From Octopus sinensis (taxonomy: Eukaryota), in contig NC_042999.1 in the NCBI RefSeq assembly GCF_006345805.1, positions 100,750,001-100,814,000 of the forward strand: a stretch of DNA of 64,000 bases. Direction: 5' to 3'. The stretch's first letter is position 1, and every line of letters starts with the position of its first letter. The notes below the pieces were generated by a model. It was not told the origin of the DNA. It ran no database searches and saw nothing but the letters and a program-made list of their open reading frames with translations. This document shows positions 27,470 through 40,854 of the stretch, piece after piece. The position numbers and the translations under genes were made by a program.

Positions 27470-27892
27470 AAGCTTTCAGGCTGGTTTGGACAGGTTGACA
27501 GAAGCTGACCAGCTGAAGGGTTGTTCAGGCTCCATGTCTGTTTTGGCATGGTTTCTATAGCTGGCTGCCCTTCCTAATATCAATTCCTTTACAGAGTGTA
27601 TTGGGTGCTTTTAAGCAGGTACTATTTATGTGGCACCAACACTTACAAATCTTCACAATTAGGGATGCTCAGCTGGAGAGGATTGTAAGGGATGAGTCTG
27701 TACACAAAGGCAACTATGCTTTTACTTAGCTTGACATGTCTTTTCAAGTACAGCAAATCACCAGGAGTCTCAGTCCCCTATCATCCCCTCTGTGAGTCCC
27801 AACATTTGTAGATCCTTTCTCACCACTTAGTCTCATATCTTCCTGGGTCTACCCCTTCCACAGGTTCCCTCTACAATTAGAGATCAGCACCT
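27470..27892 (-). mobile_element. RTE LINE 3' fragment
   Basis: 27760-27875 resembles 4355-4470 (cttcctgggtct.cc.cttcca..ggttccctc), preceded on + by family-B-like 3' UTR sequence. Confidence 0.65.
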
Positions 27893-28807
27893 TCTCTTGA
27901 ATTTCATTTCTCACGTGTCAAGAACTGGCACAAAGTGGAAAGTAAAGTTCAATATAAATAATGTATACACTATACTTGAAACTTCCTAATTCTTCACTGA
28001 CTCTTGGTAAATTTATCAAAGAACTTCTTGGTTAGTGAAGATTAATTATTGTTTCTTGTTATATGGTAGTGGAAGCATTAAATTGCATAAACAGTAAAAT
28101 ACATGTGAGCTATGAGAGTGATTGGTTAGTGATGGGATCAACTGATGCATGCAGATGAGACTACTGCACAGGTGTAACCTGTGATGTGAATATACACTGA
28201 ATACCAAAGGAAAAAATGTTGTGTGCAAGCAAATAGTGTAGGTTATCAGATACAGTAAACAACTTGTAATATTTTTCAAAGGGTTCATCATGGAGAATGA
28301 GGGGTTAGCTCAAGTGATGCTTGAAAAGCTGTTATTGTTAAACCAACTACAGTGCTAGGTTTAATTATGAAGTTTATTTAACATTTTCCATTTTACCATT
28401 TTCAATACTGCAAACATTTGGCAGGGTACACTGCCTTGACCAAAAGTCCCAGTGACATTGGGGGAGGGGGCTATAGAATTGTGTATTTTAGAAGGGTGGA
28501 CTACTCATTCAAAGCTCAGACTTTTCTGAAGAAGAGAGATATTCTCTACAATGTACTAATGAAAGACTTGTCAATTTTAGACTTGTCAATTTTACAATGT
28601 TACTGCTGTTTACAGTGGTAAACTGTATTTCCAAGCGGAACTTAATGAGTACTAAGTGAACTAAACCATTAAGGGTTAAGAGCCTTGATCACAGACACTG
28701 CATCTTGATGATGATAAAAGACAAACTGTCAATCTTTTAGTTGGTTGTCAGTACTAGAGCTATCTCAATATTTAGAGTATATCAATATTACTAGAAATAT
28801 TTCTAAT

Positions 28808-29156
28808 TTTGAAACCCAGTGGATGTATTCCACTGAATTTAGATAAATAATCCTTCAAACAGACGGTCAGTAGCGACTCCTGCTGGGTTCGGCTACTCTG
28901 CATTGATAAAGGGCAAATACCCTGAAACATGTCTGCAGATGCCTGACCAGCAAAGGGAAGCGGCTGACCTTCCCTGTTCGAAGGTTATAATGGACACAGG
29001 TTTGTGTGTCATATAGCTAGCTAGAGGTGATGGCCTCTTGGAGCTAATCAACGGCAGCTTTCATCCTATATTTATGGACTGCCATATTAGCTTGGCGATA
29101 ACTATTAATATCCAGTACCGCTGCCATAGTCTCCTTTAGAGAGACTTAGAAATAAT
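28808..29156 (+). mobile_element. ~350-bp structured, hammerhead-bearing insertion with a 12-bp target-site duplication and short (AAT)n tail, in the last TULP4 intron (antisense)
   Basis: aatatttctaat occurs at 28796-28807 and 29157-29168. The insert is richer in GC and CpG than its flanks, has multiple hairpins and ends agtctc-ctttaga-gagact-tagaaataat. Confidence 0.7.
28897..28939 (+). ncRNA. Minimal type I hammerhead ribozyme with a U3-A8 variant core
   Basis: tctgca-TTGATAA-aggg(caaata)ccct-GAAA-catGTC-tgcaga: 6-bp stem I, 4-bp stem II, palindromic ACATGT stem III and a GUC cleavage triplet (cut after 28933). Confidence 0.75.
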
Positions 29157-29484
29157 AATATTTCTAATATTACTAGAGCTATCTCAATATTTAGAGCATA
29201 TAAATATTAGAACATTCCTTTCAGTGCCCCAATAAAAATACATTCTTAAAATAGTTGTTCTTTTTATTTTACTTTAAAACAACAGCATCAAAAATAAAAT
29301 CAGTAATGATAATTCTCTTCTACATAGGAGTACAATGTTAAAGATGAAAATAGTAACAGTGGAGTTTATGCCTCTACCAAAGGTATTTGGATTGGGCACA
29401 AAGTAAAGCTTACCCCTCCATTTTGGTACAACAATAACAGTGATAATAATAAATTACAAAAACAAAAGATATCAGTTCTCTCAC

Positions 29485-29676
29485 CTGACGTCCTCTAAAC
29501 TCAATTTGAAAATTTTTGGCTGATTCCTGTGTCACACGCCCTCCGAAGTCTAACTGATACACTTGACTACCTTCATTCCATAACGGTGCTTTATTGTACA
29601 TAACAAACTGACGTCCTGCACAAACAGTACTGGAACCCATGCGTCGAGGTTCACCCCGACGTCGTGCTTTTCGAAT
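29485..29676 (-). CDS. TULP4: TULP4/Tusp penultimate coding exon (tubby-like domain)
   Basis: ttttgtttgtttcag|IRKARRRGEPRRMGSSTVCAGRQFVMYNKAPLWNEGSQVYQLDFGGRVTQESAKNFQIEFRGRQ|gtgaga; 192 nt, phase 0/0. NK.PLWNE..QVYQLDFGGRVTQESAKNFQIE is the TULP4 signature. Confidence 0.95.
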
Positions 29677-30967
29677 CTGAAACAAACAAAAATAAAAATT
29701 ATATCCTGATTTGTATGATACTGCCTTGAGTTCCAATGTCTGACAATCATGATTTCTTAAAGATTTTAGATTTGGGGAGGTTGTGTGTGTGTGTATGGTG
29801 GGGGTGGAGTAAGAAAATGAGAAGCTGTGATGTTAACACCTTTTTTTTCAAAAGTATTAGTACTGCAAAAAAAAAAAGAGAAAAATAAATCAAATTGGAA
29901 ACTCAAACTTATAGTATTTATAGGGAACTTATAATTAAATTATGCATGGCAGCTACTACAGAATACAAGATTGAGTGTGAAGTATAAAAATTTAGATTTT
30001 AATAGTTACACTATGCATTTTCACCTCCTCCCCCTCCTCATTATCAACATCAGCAACAACATTATTAGTTTATTTTTTCCTTACTGACAATCTTACAATA
30101 ATTTACTGTTGTTCAAAGTCTAATATTCATAAACCATTTTGACAACAACAAAAGTTAGTGAAGCTACCAGTTGAATTGTCAACCATATTGGAGACTAAAT
30201 ACATTTGATCAATGCATTTTAAATTACCCATTTTCTGAACCCTGCCTACTCAGGGTAAATTTTTCTCAATAATTCAAGATTCTTTTCTTTTAATAAACTA
30301 AAGTGTAGGATCCAAAGAAAGTAGCGATAGTATGTTTTGGCAATTAGTCAGTATAAACTCAATAGCTCCCAAATAGTGGGCTTTGAGAAACTCATGCACT
30401 GCATGGGATATCTAGGTATGTTGTGAATTTTAAAAGTATTTGAAAAATGTGACATTCATAATTTTATCAGATTTGTGCGTATTTTATATACCTGTTGGTT
30501 TTCTATATATATTCTTTTAAAGCTGTTAACCTTAAAACCCCTTAAGCTTAAATCTTAAAAAAACAACAAACAACAAAAAAACATGCTTTTTTAAAACTTC
30601 CTACTCAAAATATGTCAGAAACTGATTGTTTGATCTCCAATGCACCATAATGTCAAAAGGATTAAGAATCACTGATATAGACAGTTCAAAAGATGAACAA
30701 ATTAGTTTATGGCAAGGAAGAGGAAAGGTTTAATGAAGGGTTTTGTCCAAAGCCTTTAAACTTGACTTTTTACTCAAGGAAAATGAATATGTTCTTCTTT
30801 TGTTTTATATGACCTTTAGCTCTCCTACCCACCATTCCTTGAAATTACTGCCGGTATAACTAACAGAATAGTTCTATGTATAACTATTTATTTAGTAGCA
30901 ACAGCTGAGGGGTTAAGAAATTTGCACTGTAGGCAGCCGGTTGGAAATTTGATCCCACTGTATTTCC

Positions 30968-31185
30968 TTAACTCTTTAGCATTCAGATTATTCTGTTAAA
31001 TGTAATGCTTGTTTATTCACATTGCTTTCAATTAATCCTAAATTATCTTGTAGCTTCAAGATTCTGATGATGTGGTAGTTTATTTATAGAATGACATTGT
31101 AGGGTAGGTGTGAGGGATGAGATTTAACCAGTTTGAGGATAAAGCACTTAGAATATTTTGACCAGATATGGCTAGTTTAAATGTC
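30968..31185. mobile_element. piggyBac-type MITE, same family as 33915-34134 and ~8415-8578
   Basis: Starts ttaactctttagcattc and shares the body attatcttgtagctt..gtagggtaggtgtgag. Confidence 0.6.
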
Positions 31186-31889
31186 TTCGACAGTACAGGC
31201 TAATCAATACTCTGAGAGAGAAATTTGATAGATAGAAATTGTACAGAAGTCCATCATGTACGTGTGTGAGTGTGTATTGTTGTTGTTTAATCCTAAGTCA
31301 GCCCTGATCAAACACACCTATGATCAAAAGCCATTCATTGTGATTATCCTATGTGTTTTTATATCTTAGACAATGTTATCTGATGTGTCAGTCCAATAAA
31401 ATGATTGGGTGTGACTCGAAGGAAATTAGACTGCTATTTCTGAAGCAAGAGCACTTATGCAGAGGTTGACTGTTGTATCTGTGTTTGTCTGTAACTATGT
31501 GAGACGGTGCATCAATTTGCACACTACACACCAAAATGATAAAACTTAATCATTTGATAAGCAGATCAATGACACAAGTATCAGACTCAAATATATTACT
31601 GACATTGATACTGTGAACTAATTGCTCTAAAAGATAGTACAGTGGCATGGTTGTGATTCAGTAGCTTAAAATAGTTAATTAAATATAGTTGATTGAGGAA
31701 TGTGACTTAATATCATTAGTACTGACAATCATTGGTACAATGACATTAGCTAAGAATATAGGACTCTGCATATAATAAATCTTTGAGTTCAATCTCAGCC
31801 CCAGCATAAAGATGAAATGCATTTGTTTTACATGTTTTTCTATACTGGTACAAAGAGGTACTTAATTGAGGCAGTATTATTAAAACTGG

Positions 31890-32174
31890 AAGGCAGCGAG
31901 CTGACAGAAACAGGTGAAATGCTTAGCAGTATTTCATCTGTCTTTACATTCTGAGTTCAAATTCTACTGAGGTTGACTTTGCCTTTTATCCTTTCAGGGT
32001 CGATAAATTAAGTACCAGTTGCATACTGGGGTCGATTAGGACCCTTCCTCCAAAATTTTGGGCCTTGTGCCTAGAGTAGAAAAGATTATTACAACTGGAA
32101 GGTGGTGAGCTGGCAGAAACAGCATGTCAGGCGAAATGCTTAGCAGTATTTCATCTGTCTTTATGGTCTGAGTA
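31890..32174 (+). mobile_element. Family-A SINE plus a second partial copy in tandem
   Basis: aggcagcgagctgacagaaac..ctagagtagaaaagatt, then ggtggtgagctggcagaaac.. Confidence 0.8.
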
Positions 32175-32719
32175 TTTTATAGAATAAAGATGGCTGAAAG
32201 AAGCAAACAAAAGCACAATGACTTGAGTGAGAGTTTCCATCTGTTCTTATACTTACAATAGGGAAGTAAGTGTAGTTTTGAGCATTTAGTTACTGAATCA
32301 CAAGTTAGGGGTAAAAAATGAAGTAGGATAGAAAATTAAGCTTCCCAATATTCTATAAAACTACAATAGTAATTTTATCTTTATTTTACTTTTTATATCA
32401 CTATTGGTGAAGAATAGCATCATAGGGTAATGGTTTTTAACAGATTAATGCATTTCTGGTAGCAACTGTAAAAAAGTAGTGTCTTTAACATGATGCAGAA
32501 CAAGCACAACAATGAACTTTATTCAAAAAGCACTAATTTTTCAGTTTCTTCAGCAATCTATAAAATATTTTGCTGATATACATTGCTGGAAAATACCCCA
32601 CCTATACTTTAATTTATTATTAAAACTGAAGCTGAGAGTCACTGTAACCTTTACAGTACCTCTACCAAGTGTCCTCTACTATAGCATAGCCTCAGTTTGA
32701 CCCAAGCTTTGAGAGAATT

Positions 32720-32970
32720 CCTTGAGCAAGATATTTTATTTCATATTGCTCCAGTTCACTCAGCTGTAGAAATGAGTTATGATGTCACTAGTGGCAAGCT
32801 GTATTGACCTTTGCTTTCCCTTTGGATAACAACAGTAGTGTGGAGAGGGGACGTTGGTATGCATAGGTGACTGCCAGTCTTCCATAAACAACCTTGTTAC
32901 CCTCAGAGGGTAACTTTTTAGGTGCAATACCATGGTCACTCATGATTGATGGGGTTTTTTATCCTTTATC
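32720..32970 (+). mobile_element. 5'-truncated copy of the 6080-6435 SINE
   Basis: cttgagcaagatattttatttcatattgctccagttcactcagctgtagaaatgagtt.. Confidence 0.75.
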
Positions 32971-33585
32971 CATTTATACACACACACACATATCTTTGTA
33001 TTTTGTACATGGCTGATGTCTACTAATGCGCTCATAAAAGCTCCTAAGCAACTGGTTGCTGGCTACCGTATATTATTCCCAACATGTAAAGTTAATTGTA
33101 TGGGATTGTTATGTATACGGTACTCTATGTAATGCCATACACACTCAACTGAATGCAACTCACAATTTTATCTCCTCCCTCATCTTTTTCTTTCTCTTTC
33201 CCACCTTCCATGTCCACCGGCAATGATATGTAAACAACAAACAACACTATCCCTATCAAAGTTCTTACCTCTAACAATTCATCCATCTATCTAATAGTCT
33301 GCAAGAATTCACAAGCACCACCCATTAATCCAACAGAACTTTTTGATTGGTGTAGAATGATTAACATGCTGAAGTCTAAACAAGAAATCCAATGAAAACT
33401 AATGCAAAAAGTGCCTGAAGAACTATGCATGTCAAATTAATGGGCTCCCATAGGGTCCATGGATATTATAAATAATATTTAATAATATCCTATGAATATG
33501 GTGAAGTGGTCCCATAAAAATACATGTAATGTCGAAACATATGTAGCAATGCATTAATAAATATATAAAATCTCCATCCATGAAG

Positions 33586-33671
<86 letters not shown>

Positions 33672-33914
33672 TATGTATGTATACATACATAAATACACAC
33701 ACACATTTAATGTCTACTTCACTTACAAAGCTTGGATCAAACTAAAGTTTTACTACAATAGAAGACATTTGCTAGAGGTGCTGTGCAGTAGGATCAAACC
33801 TGCAATCTTGTGGTTGTAAAGCAAACTTTTTTTTACCATGCACAGCCATCCATTTTAACTAAAGTTATAGCTATCATGAAAGATTAAGAGCTAATCTTTA
33901 TCTCTACTGTTTGA

Positions 33915-34134
33915 CCCTTTAGCATTCATATCACTTTGTTAAATGTATTGCTTACTTATTGACATTGTTTTTAGTTAATCATGCATTATCTTGTAGCTTT
34001 GAGATTTCAATGATGTGATTGTTTATCTTAAAAATAATATTGTAGGGTAGGTGTGAGAGGCTGGATATGGCTAGTTTGAACATAAAATGGGTAGAATATT
34101 TTGGCCAGGTATAGCCAGTTTAAATTCTAAATGG
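33915..34134. mobile_element. piggyBac-type MITE
   Basis: ttga-CCCTTTAGCATT ... AATTCTAAATGG-ttaa: imperfect terminal inverted repeats with TTAA-like flanks. Confidence 0.6.
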
Positions 34135-34191
34135 TTAATCACATCAGTCCTGAACTATTTTCAAATGTATTTCAGCCATGGCTATCTTGTG

Positions 34192-34535
34192 AAGGTACAT
34201 AACCCAGTGGTGGTTTGAAAGTTGGGCTCACAATCATGAGGTAGTGAGTTCAATTCCTGGACTGGGCTGTGTGTTGTGTTCTTGAGCAAGACATTTTATT
34301 TCGCATTGCTCCAGTTCACTCAGCTGTAGAAATGAGTTGTGATGTCACTGGTGCCAAGCTGTATTGGCTTTTGCCTTTCCCTTGGATAATGTCAGTGGCA
34401 TGAAGAGAGGAGACTGATATGCATGGGCAACTGCTGGCCATCCATAAACAACCTTGCCCAGACTTGTGCCTTGGAGGGTAACTTTCTAGGTACAATCCCA
34501 TGATCATTCATGACTGAAAGAGGTCTTTACCCTTT
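34192..34535 (+). mobile_element. tRNA-derived SINE (same family as 6080-6435)
   Basis: B-box gagttcaattcc and a body colinear with 6100-6435. Confidence 0.8.
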
Positions 34536-37520
34536 TATCTCACTGAGTTTTTCATGCAGTTTGCAACTAAGTGCAAAATGTGCTCTTTATAAAAGACACT
34601 AAGATGTTGCTTGAAAAGAGATTTAGCTGTTATTTTTCAGAGGGTCAAATGCTTGCATAAAGTCACCTTTTCTTGGTTCATTATTGCTTCTGCTTTGGTA
34701 TAGTGTATAAAAAAGATTCATCAATAGTAAAAGCATAACTGAAGTTACACATTAGGACCAAAGCAACACATTAACTAGTTTAGTGAATAGTTTTAATTCT
34801 GTCTTATTTTTTTCTTGTGTTGATTGCATAGATAAAATTTATATCAGATATATTTGATTCAAAGACTTGTTATATAATCCCAGAACTCAAGAAATGTAAA
34901 AGATGTAAGAATGAAACTCAAATCAACTTCTCACTTCTTACCAGTTACATTCCTAACATTTTCTTTTATTGGTACCAAAACTGACGAAGTTGTCATTATC
35001 ACTGTCTCAACAGTCTTGTAATGGACTCAACATCATCTATAAATATCTATTTTTATTAGAGTGAAATAGCAGAATCTGAGGAAACTTATGATTGTCTATG
35101 CTGGCAAATAGTAAGTACAAAAAGTTGGCAAAGTGAAATAAAATACTTTGTAGTGATAAAGGGAAGAAATCTAACATTCCAGGCAGAACATGCTTTATTA
35201 TAGAAGTAAAATGTGGGAGATGAGGACGTTCTATTAGTAGTGATGGAAGCCATTATCTGAACTTTTAACCTCGTCCTTTGTTTTGTCATGTAAAGCACAT
35301 CTTCTATCACAGTGTGCTGTGAACTATTGATTGATGCATTGTACTACTTTTTTGAGCTCATACTTCCAATGATTCACCAATGCAATATAACAAAAGAAAA
35401 TATTAAATAATGTATGTCACTAGATAAAGAATGATAATAAAAACTAGGGAAAAAATAAAAGAGGCGATGCTTTTATTATTTTATATTTTTCATTTTTTTT
35501 TTAGTTAAGAAAAAAAAAAAGGAAATTATCTTCAAACTGGAAAATCTGAGAAGTATGTTTTGTAAAAGAGTGAATTCTACTGACTCAGTAGATGTATTAA
35601 ACCAGGTAACAGATTAAGTTGACTATCCAAAGAAAAAAGGAAAAGAAAAAAGACAACAGACTTCTATTAAGTTTCAGCTCACCAGATTTCATTCATAAGG
35701 TTTTGGTTAAACTTAGGTTATGATAGAATGATAGTATACACTTGCCCAAGGTGGTGTGTAGTAGTATTGAACCCAAACCATGTAGTGTCACAGTAAGTGT
35801 CTTAAATGTACAGTATTAGTTGAGAATTTAATCAGTAAACTTAGATCTGAGTTCAGCAATAATGTGGTTTATGTTAATGAGAGAATTGTTGCACCCTATA
35901 ATTCTCATTGTAAATAACTTTCAATAATCCTTGATACTGCTCCTATGTGAAGAACATAAAAAAACTGAAGGCTTTGATGGGCTCTAAGGATTCTTTATGT
36001 TTGAACAACATTATTCCACACAAACAATTGTAATATCTGGCAGTTATTGGAGAATAATTGACACATGAATAATTCTCCCCCCCCCTCTCTCTCTCTCTGT
36101 GGAAGACAATCTTTCAATCAAATTACAGAAACAATGTTCCCCATTGGCTTTCAGAATTGCTGATACTATGTGTCACTTGTAACTCCTAACAGAAGTACCA
36201 CCATTTTATGGTAACTGGATGGGATTTCAACTCAAAATACACAGAGCCAGAACAGATATTGCAAGGGCATCCCCATTTGATGCTCTGGCAATTCCATCAA
36301 CCCACAGTCCTGGATTAGTTCTGAAAGGTTGAAAGGCAAAGTTGACTTCAGTGGGATTTGAACTCAGCATTGAGAGAGTTTGGGACAAATACTGCAAGCG
36401 CTCTATTCAACACTCCAATGACTCTGACAATTTGCTGCTTTGATATGCATATGCACATGTGTGTGTATGTGTGTGTGTGTGTACGTGCATGTGTGAGTGC
36501 ATGTGTGTGTGAGCGAGCATGAATGTGTGTGTAACAAAAGGTAATTCTTTTACGTCAAACATATTCCTTGCCCTTAAGCTGAAAAAGACCAATAAATAAA
36601 TATTTAGTGCATATTGATAATTTCAGCATTATAATATTATAAATACCACTTAGTAGACATCTATTATACTCATCTGTGATACAGTGGATAAAGAGTATTA
36701 GAATCCTGTGTGAAGTAAATGTTTATGAGCATAATTCTGATTTGAAAACATGTACACTGGAAATATGATGAAGACTAAACTGCTTGAAACATATCTGACA
36801 AAAAATATATATACAAAAAATATACAGCAAACACGTTTTATATCTTTTAGTTTATAACATCAGTTGAATACGAGCCAACGTAGGTACTTCTACACAACAT
36901 TTTAATCTGCTAGAAATAGAGACCAAATTTCTTTCAAATCATAACTTACAGTATTATTTTTCTTAAAAAAGAAGACATTCGATAATGCAATCCTAAATAT
37001 ATAATTCATTTCTTCATATTGCCTATTTTACTACTTGGCATGGGTTGAATAGAGACTTAAAACAGGATTTGACAGATAGATGACCTTCCAGTCACCAATT
37101 GTTACTGTGGTTTTAGGTAAGAGATTTTTAAAAAAGTTTATTGGTCTTTGAAAGTACAAAGTGACAGGATATACTGTAACCATTAGATCCCTGTTTTGCT
37201 TGGACAGTGTCATGCAAAGACATGGAATGTCAATGTCCATGCACACACATACATGCAGAAACACACATATATATGTCATTGTTCTCATTTTATGTCTACT
37301 TTCCATTGTTTTATTGTTTGTTGGTTAGTTGCTGTTTGACAATTTCTGTGCTTTTAAGAAATAAGAAAGCTTGTGCTGTGGCTTGCTGGTAGTTGGAAGA
37401 TCCACATACATCATTATGTTTGGTTTTTCTTTTAATTTACTATCGTTCATTCAGTCTGCTACACTTGCTATAAGTACAGTTAACACAGGTTATCAATATT
37501 ATTATTATTATTATTATTGT

Positions 37521-37735
37521 AGGTGGTGAGCTGACAGAATTGTTAGCATGCTAGGCAAAATACTTAGCAATATTTCATCTGTCTTTACATTCTGAGTTCA
37601 AATTTTATCAAAACTGACTGTGCTTTTCATCCTTTTGTAGTTGATAAAATAAATACCAGTTGAGCACTTGGGTTGATGTAATCAACTTAACCTCTTCCCT
37701 GAAATTGCTGGCCTTAGACCAAAATTTGAAGCCAT
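37521..37735 (+). mobile_element. Family-A SINE
   Basis: aggtggtgagctgacagaattgttagcatg..ttctgagttcaaat..taccagttgagcact. Confidence 0.8.
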
Positions 37736-40700
37736 TATTTTTATTGTTGTTGTTGTTATTATTATGAATGCTTAGTATGTTATTATCATTGTTAGGTGGG
37801 TTATCTGCTAGATCACGATATAGAGAAAAGAGGGTAGCCCCTAATGTTTGTTTTCCATGCTGGCATGGGTTGGATGGTTTAAGAGGAGCTATGCCAAACC
37901 AGAAGGCTGCACCCAGCTGCAATGACTGCTTTGGTGTGGTTTCTACAGCTGGATGCCCCTCTCAATGCCAACCACTTTACTGAGTATTGTGGGTTCTTTT
38001 TATATAGTACTGACACCAGTGAGGTTACCAAGTAACTCACAAAACAAAATCCCCTCAAATGAGTAGGGAATAGTAGTGAGGGAATTGGCTTTATGCCAGA
38101 TGATAAAAGGTTAAAGCATAACAGAAGAGTGTCTCACAGACACACACACAATAAATTTTCATAGTTTCTCTTGACCAGTTCCACTCACAAGGCATTGGCA
38201 GACTTGAGGCTAATAGTAAAACACACTTCCCCAAGGTGCTGCAAAAGAAAAAATGAGTGATGATGATCATCATCAACATTTAATGTCCATTCTCCATACA
38301 GGCATGGACCGGATAGTTTGACAGAATTTGTTGAACCATAGAGTCACATTGAGCTCTAATGTCAGTTTTAGCATAGTTTCTATGGCTGGATGCCCTTCCC
38401 AATAACCAAGCACTTTGCAGAGTGTACTGGGTGCTTTTTTGTGAATCACCAGCACAAGTGAGATTGTCAAGTAACTTGCAAGACAAGAAATGAAAGAACA
38501 GGAAGAAAGAAAAAGGGGGGAAAGAAAAAAGAAAAATAGAGAAAGCCTCCTTGACTAAATGGGGGTGGAGTGGGTGGCAATATTTGCTTGAGAGAGGGAA
38601 GAAGAGTGATGGTTCAATGCCAGGTGTTGAAAGACTAGAATATGATGGAAGAACAAGCCCAAGTGTCTTGCTATAGAGATACAAGGCTACCCCACATATA
38701 TAAGGGTGGGTGGGAGTAGCTGGAAAGCTGAGAAAACAAGAATAAAGTGGTCGCTGAATACCAGAGTATTGCAAGATACAAGGTGGGTGTGAGATGTAGA
38801 AAGTGGATTGCAAGGGTTAAGAGTAGAGGTGCATGTAATTAAGTGTCAGTGAAAGATATAAGAGTGGTTTGAGGGAGATGACTATGGTAAGTGGAGCATT
38901 GGTAAGTGGAGAGGACATTAAAAGCAATAGTAGAAGAGAGAATTGTTTAAAATGGAGTACAGTCAAGGAGAAAGAGCAATGACTGAATGCATGAAAGAGA
39001 TTGGTGGAAACAGTGTGGGCAAGGATGATAAGCAACATTGATAATGATCGAACAGATTAATAGGATTATTGTGTCTTATGTTATCTGGTACTTTCCTGTG
39101 ACTCAGTGCTATCCTATACTAGTCCTAACCACTTCAGTGTAATGCTAAGTTTTTGTCGAGTGATTTCTTTCATTTTTTTTTTTCAAATATTATCAAATTT
39201 ATTCACTGATATTAATAAATTTATGAAATAAATTTCTTATAATTTGTCTAATGTCTGTTCTAATGTCTGACTCAAATCAGTTTGAAGTGGAAGCCAATTT
39301 ATGATGTTTTATTAGAATTCTTTGAAGGAAAGATGTCACTGACAAGTGTAATAATCAAATGGAAACCATAATGATTTTCTTCAGTCTTCTTTTGGATCAA
39401 ATAAATGATTACATCAATGTATAATAATAATACCAAGTTGATATGGCAATGTAATAAAACTAGCTGTTACACAGGAGCTTTATTATGTCAGTTTTTGCTA
39501 AGAGGCAAGAAGGATATTTGATTATCAAAGTCAACAAAACTGTGAACTCAGAAGCAAAGAAGGAGATTTTTATTATTCAATGTTATAATCTTCTCTATGA
39601 GAAGAACCAAACTAATAGCTTCAGCTTCATTTTTTCTTTCTTTTCATATAAATCTCTCATAGGGTGCCAAATTTATCCAAGAAGATCAGTCTAAATCTTT
39701 TATATATATACTCTCAACATACATACTCGGTCATCACCCATACACACTTCAAAAGGATATTATTATAATCTATAATAATCTTTTAGATGAACTCGAACAC
39801 CAGCCTTCAAATGAGATATATATTTCCTTTTCAACAACCAACTGTTAGTGAGAGGTGTTTCCAAAATGAAATACAGGTGCAGCCATGATCACTTTGCAAC
39901 CATGTGGCTTCAGGTTCAGTTTCACAGTACAGCACCTTGGGAAAGTGTGATCACTGAATAGAAATCTTCATTTATATTTTACTTGTTTCAGTCATTAGAC
40001 TGTGGCCATGTTGGGCACACTACTTTGAAGGGTTTTAGCTGAACAAACTGACTCCAGTATTTATTTTCTAAAAGTCATGTATTTTTTCTATCAGTCTCTT
40101 TTGCTAAACTGCTGAGTTGCAATGACATTAACACACCAACACCAGTTGTCAAGTGGTGGTGGGGACAGACAAAGAGACACACACACACACACACACACAT
40201 ACACGCACGCGTGCGCACACACACACGCACGCATGCGCATACACACACACACACAAAACTTAATTAACATGTAAAACACAGATCTTGTTCTACTTTAAGA
40301 CACAAACCTCTAAACCCTAATTTATAGCCTACCTCCCCTGTTACACTCTTTGGTGTCAGTGCATATGCAGGTTACACTAACTTCTCACTTGGATATGAGC
40401 AACAAAGACTTGTATTAGCTCTGGCTCCAAAGTCTCCTTCCAGATACATCTGCTTATTCTATCATTCTCTGAACCTCTTCAACCATCCACAGCTTTTCTT
40501 GTGTTGAGGAAATCTATCTCACTTCACCTTCAGCCAATGTTCTGTCAAATGATAGTCCTCAGTAACTTCAACAATAATCTCACACTGATGCTACTGGTGC
40601 AAGTACTAAATCTCTTGAAACTCTCAGCAGAATTACCTACCACACCCCCATATGCTACACAATACCCTCACCTCCTCTACATTAAAGCACTCCAAGTTAA

Positions 40701-40854
40701 TAGATTACTTGGAGCTCTACCAAATCTATGTTAACAATCAATAGCAGTGGATATGCTTCACTGGGGTGGGACTGACACCAGCCTTCTAGATATGTCTCCC
40801 CACAACCTGCACACAAAACTCACATACCCAAGCCATTCAAATGGTTTATTAATC

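Noticed and set aside
34942-35036. Possible minus-strand exon (tatttatag / gtaaga)
   Set aside because: 95 nt with stops in all three frames. Only a speculative poison exon.
38280-38813. 177-aa minus-strand ORF
   Set aside because: Spans a family-B repeat and a low-complexity purine tract. No recognisable protein.
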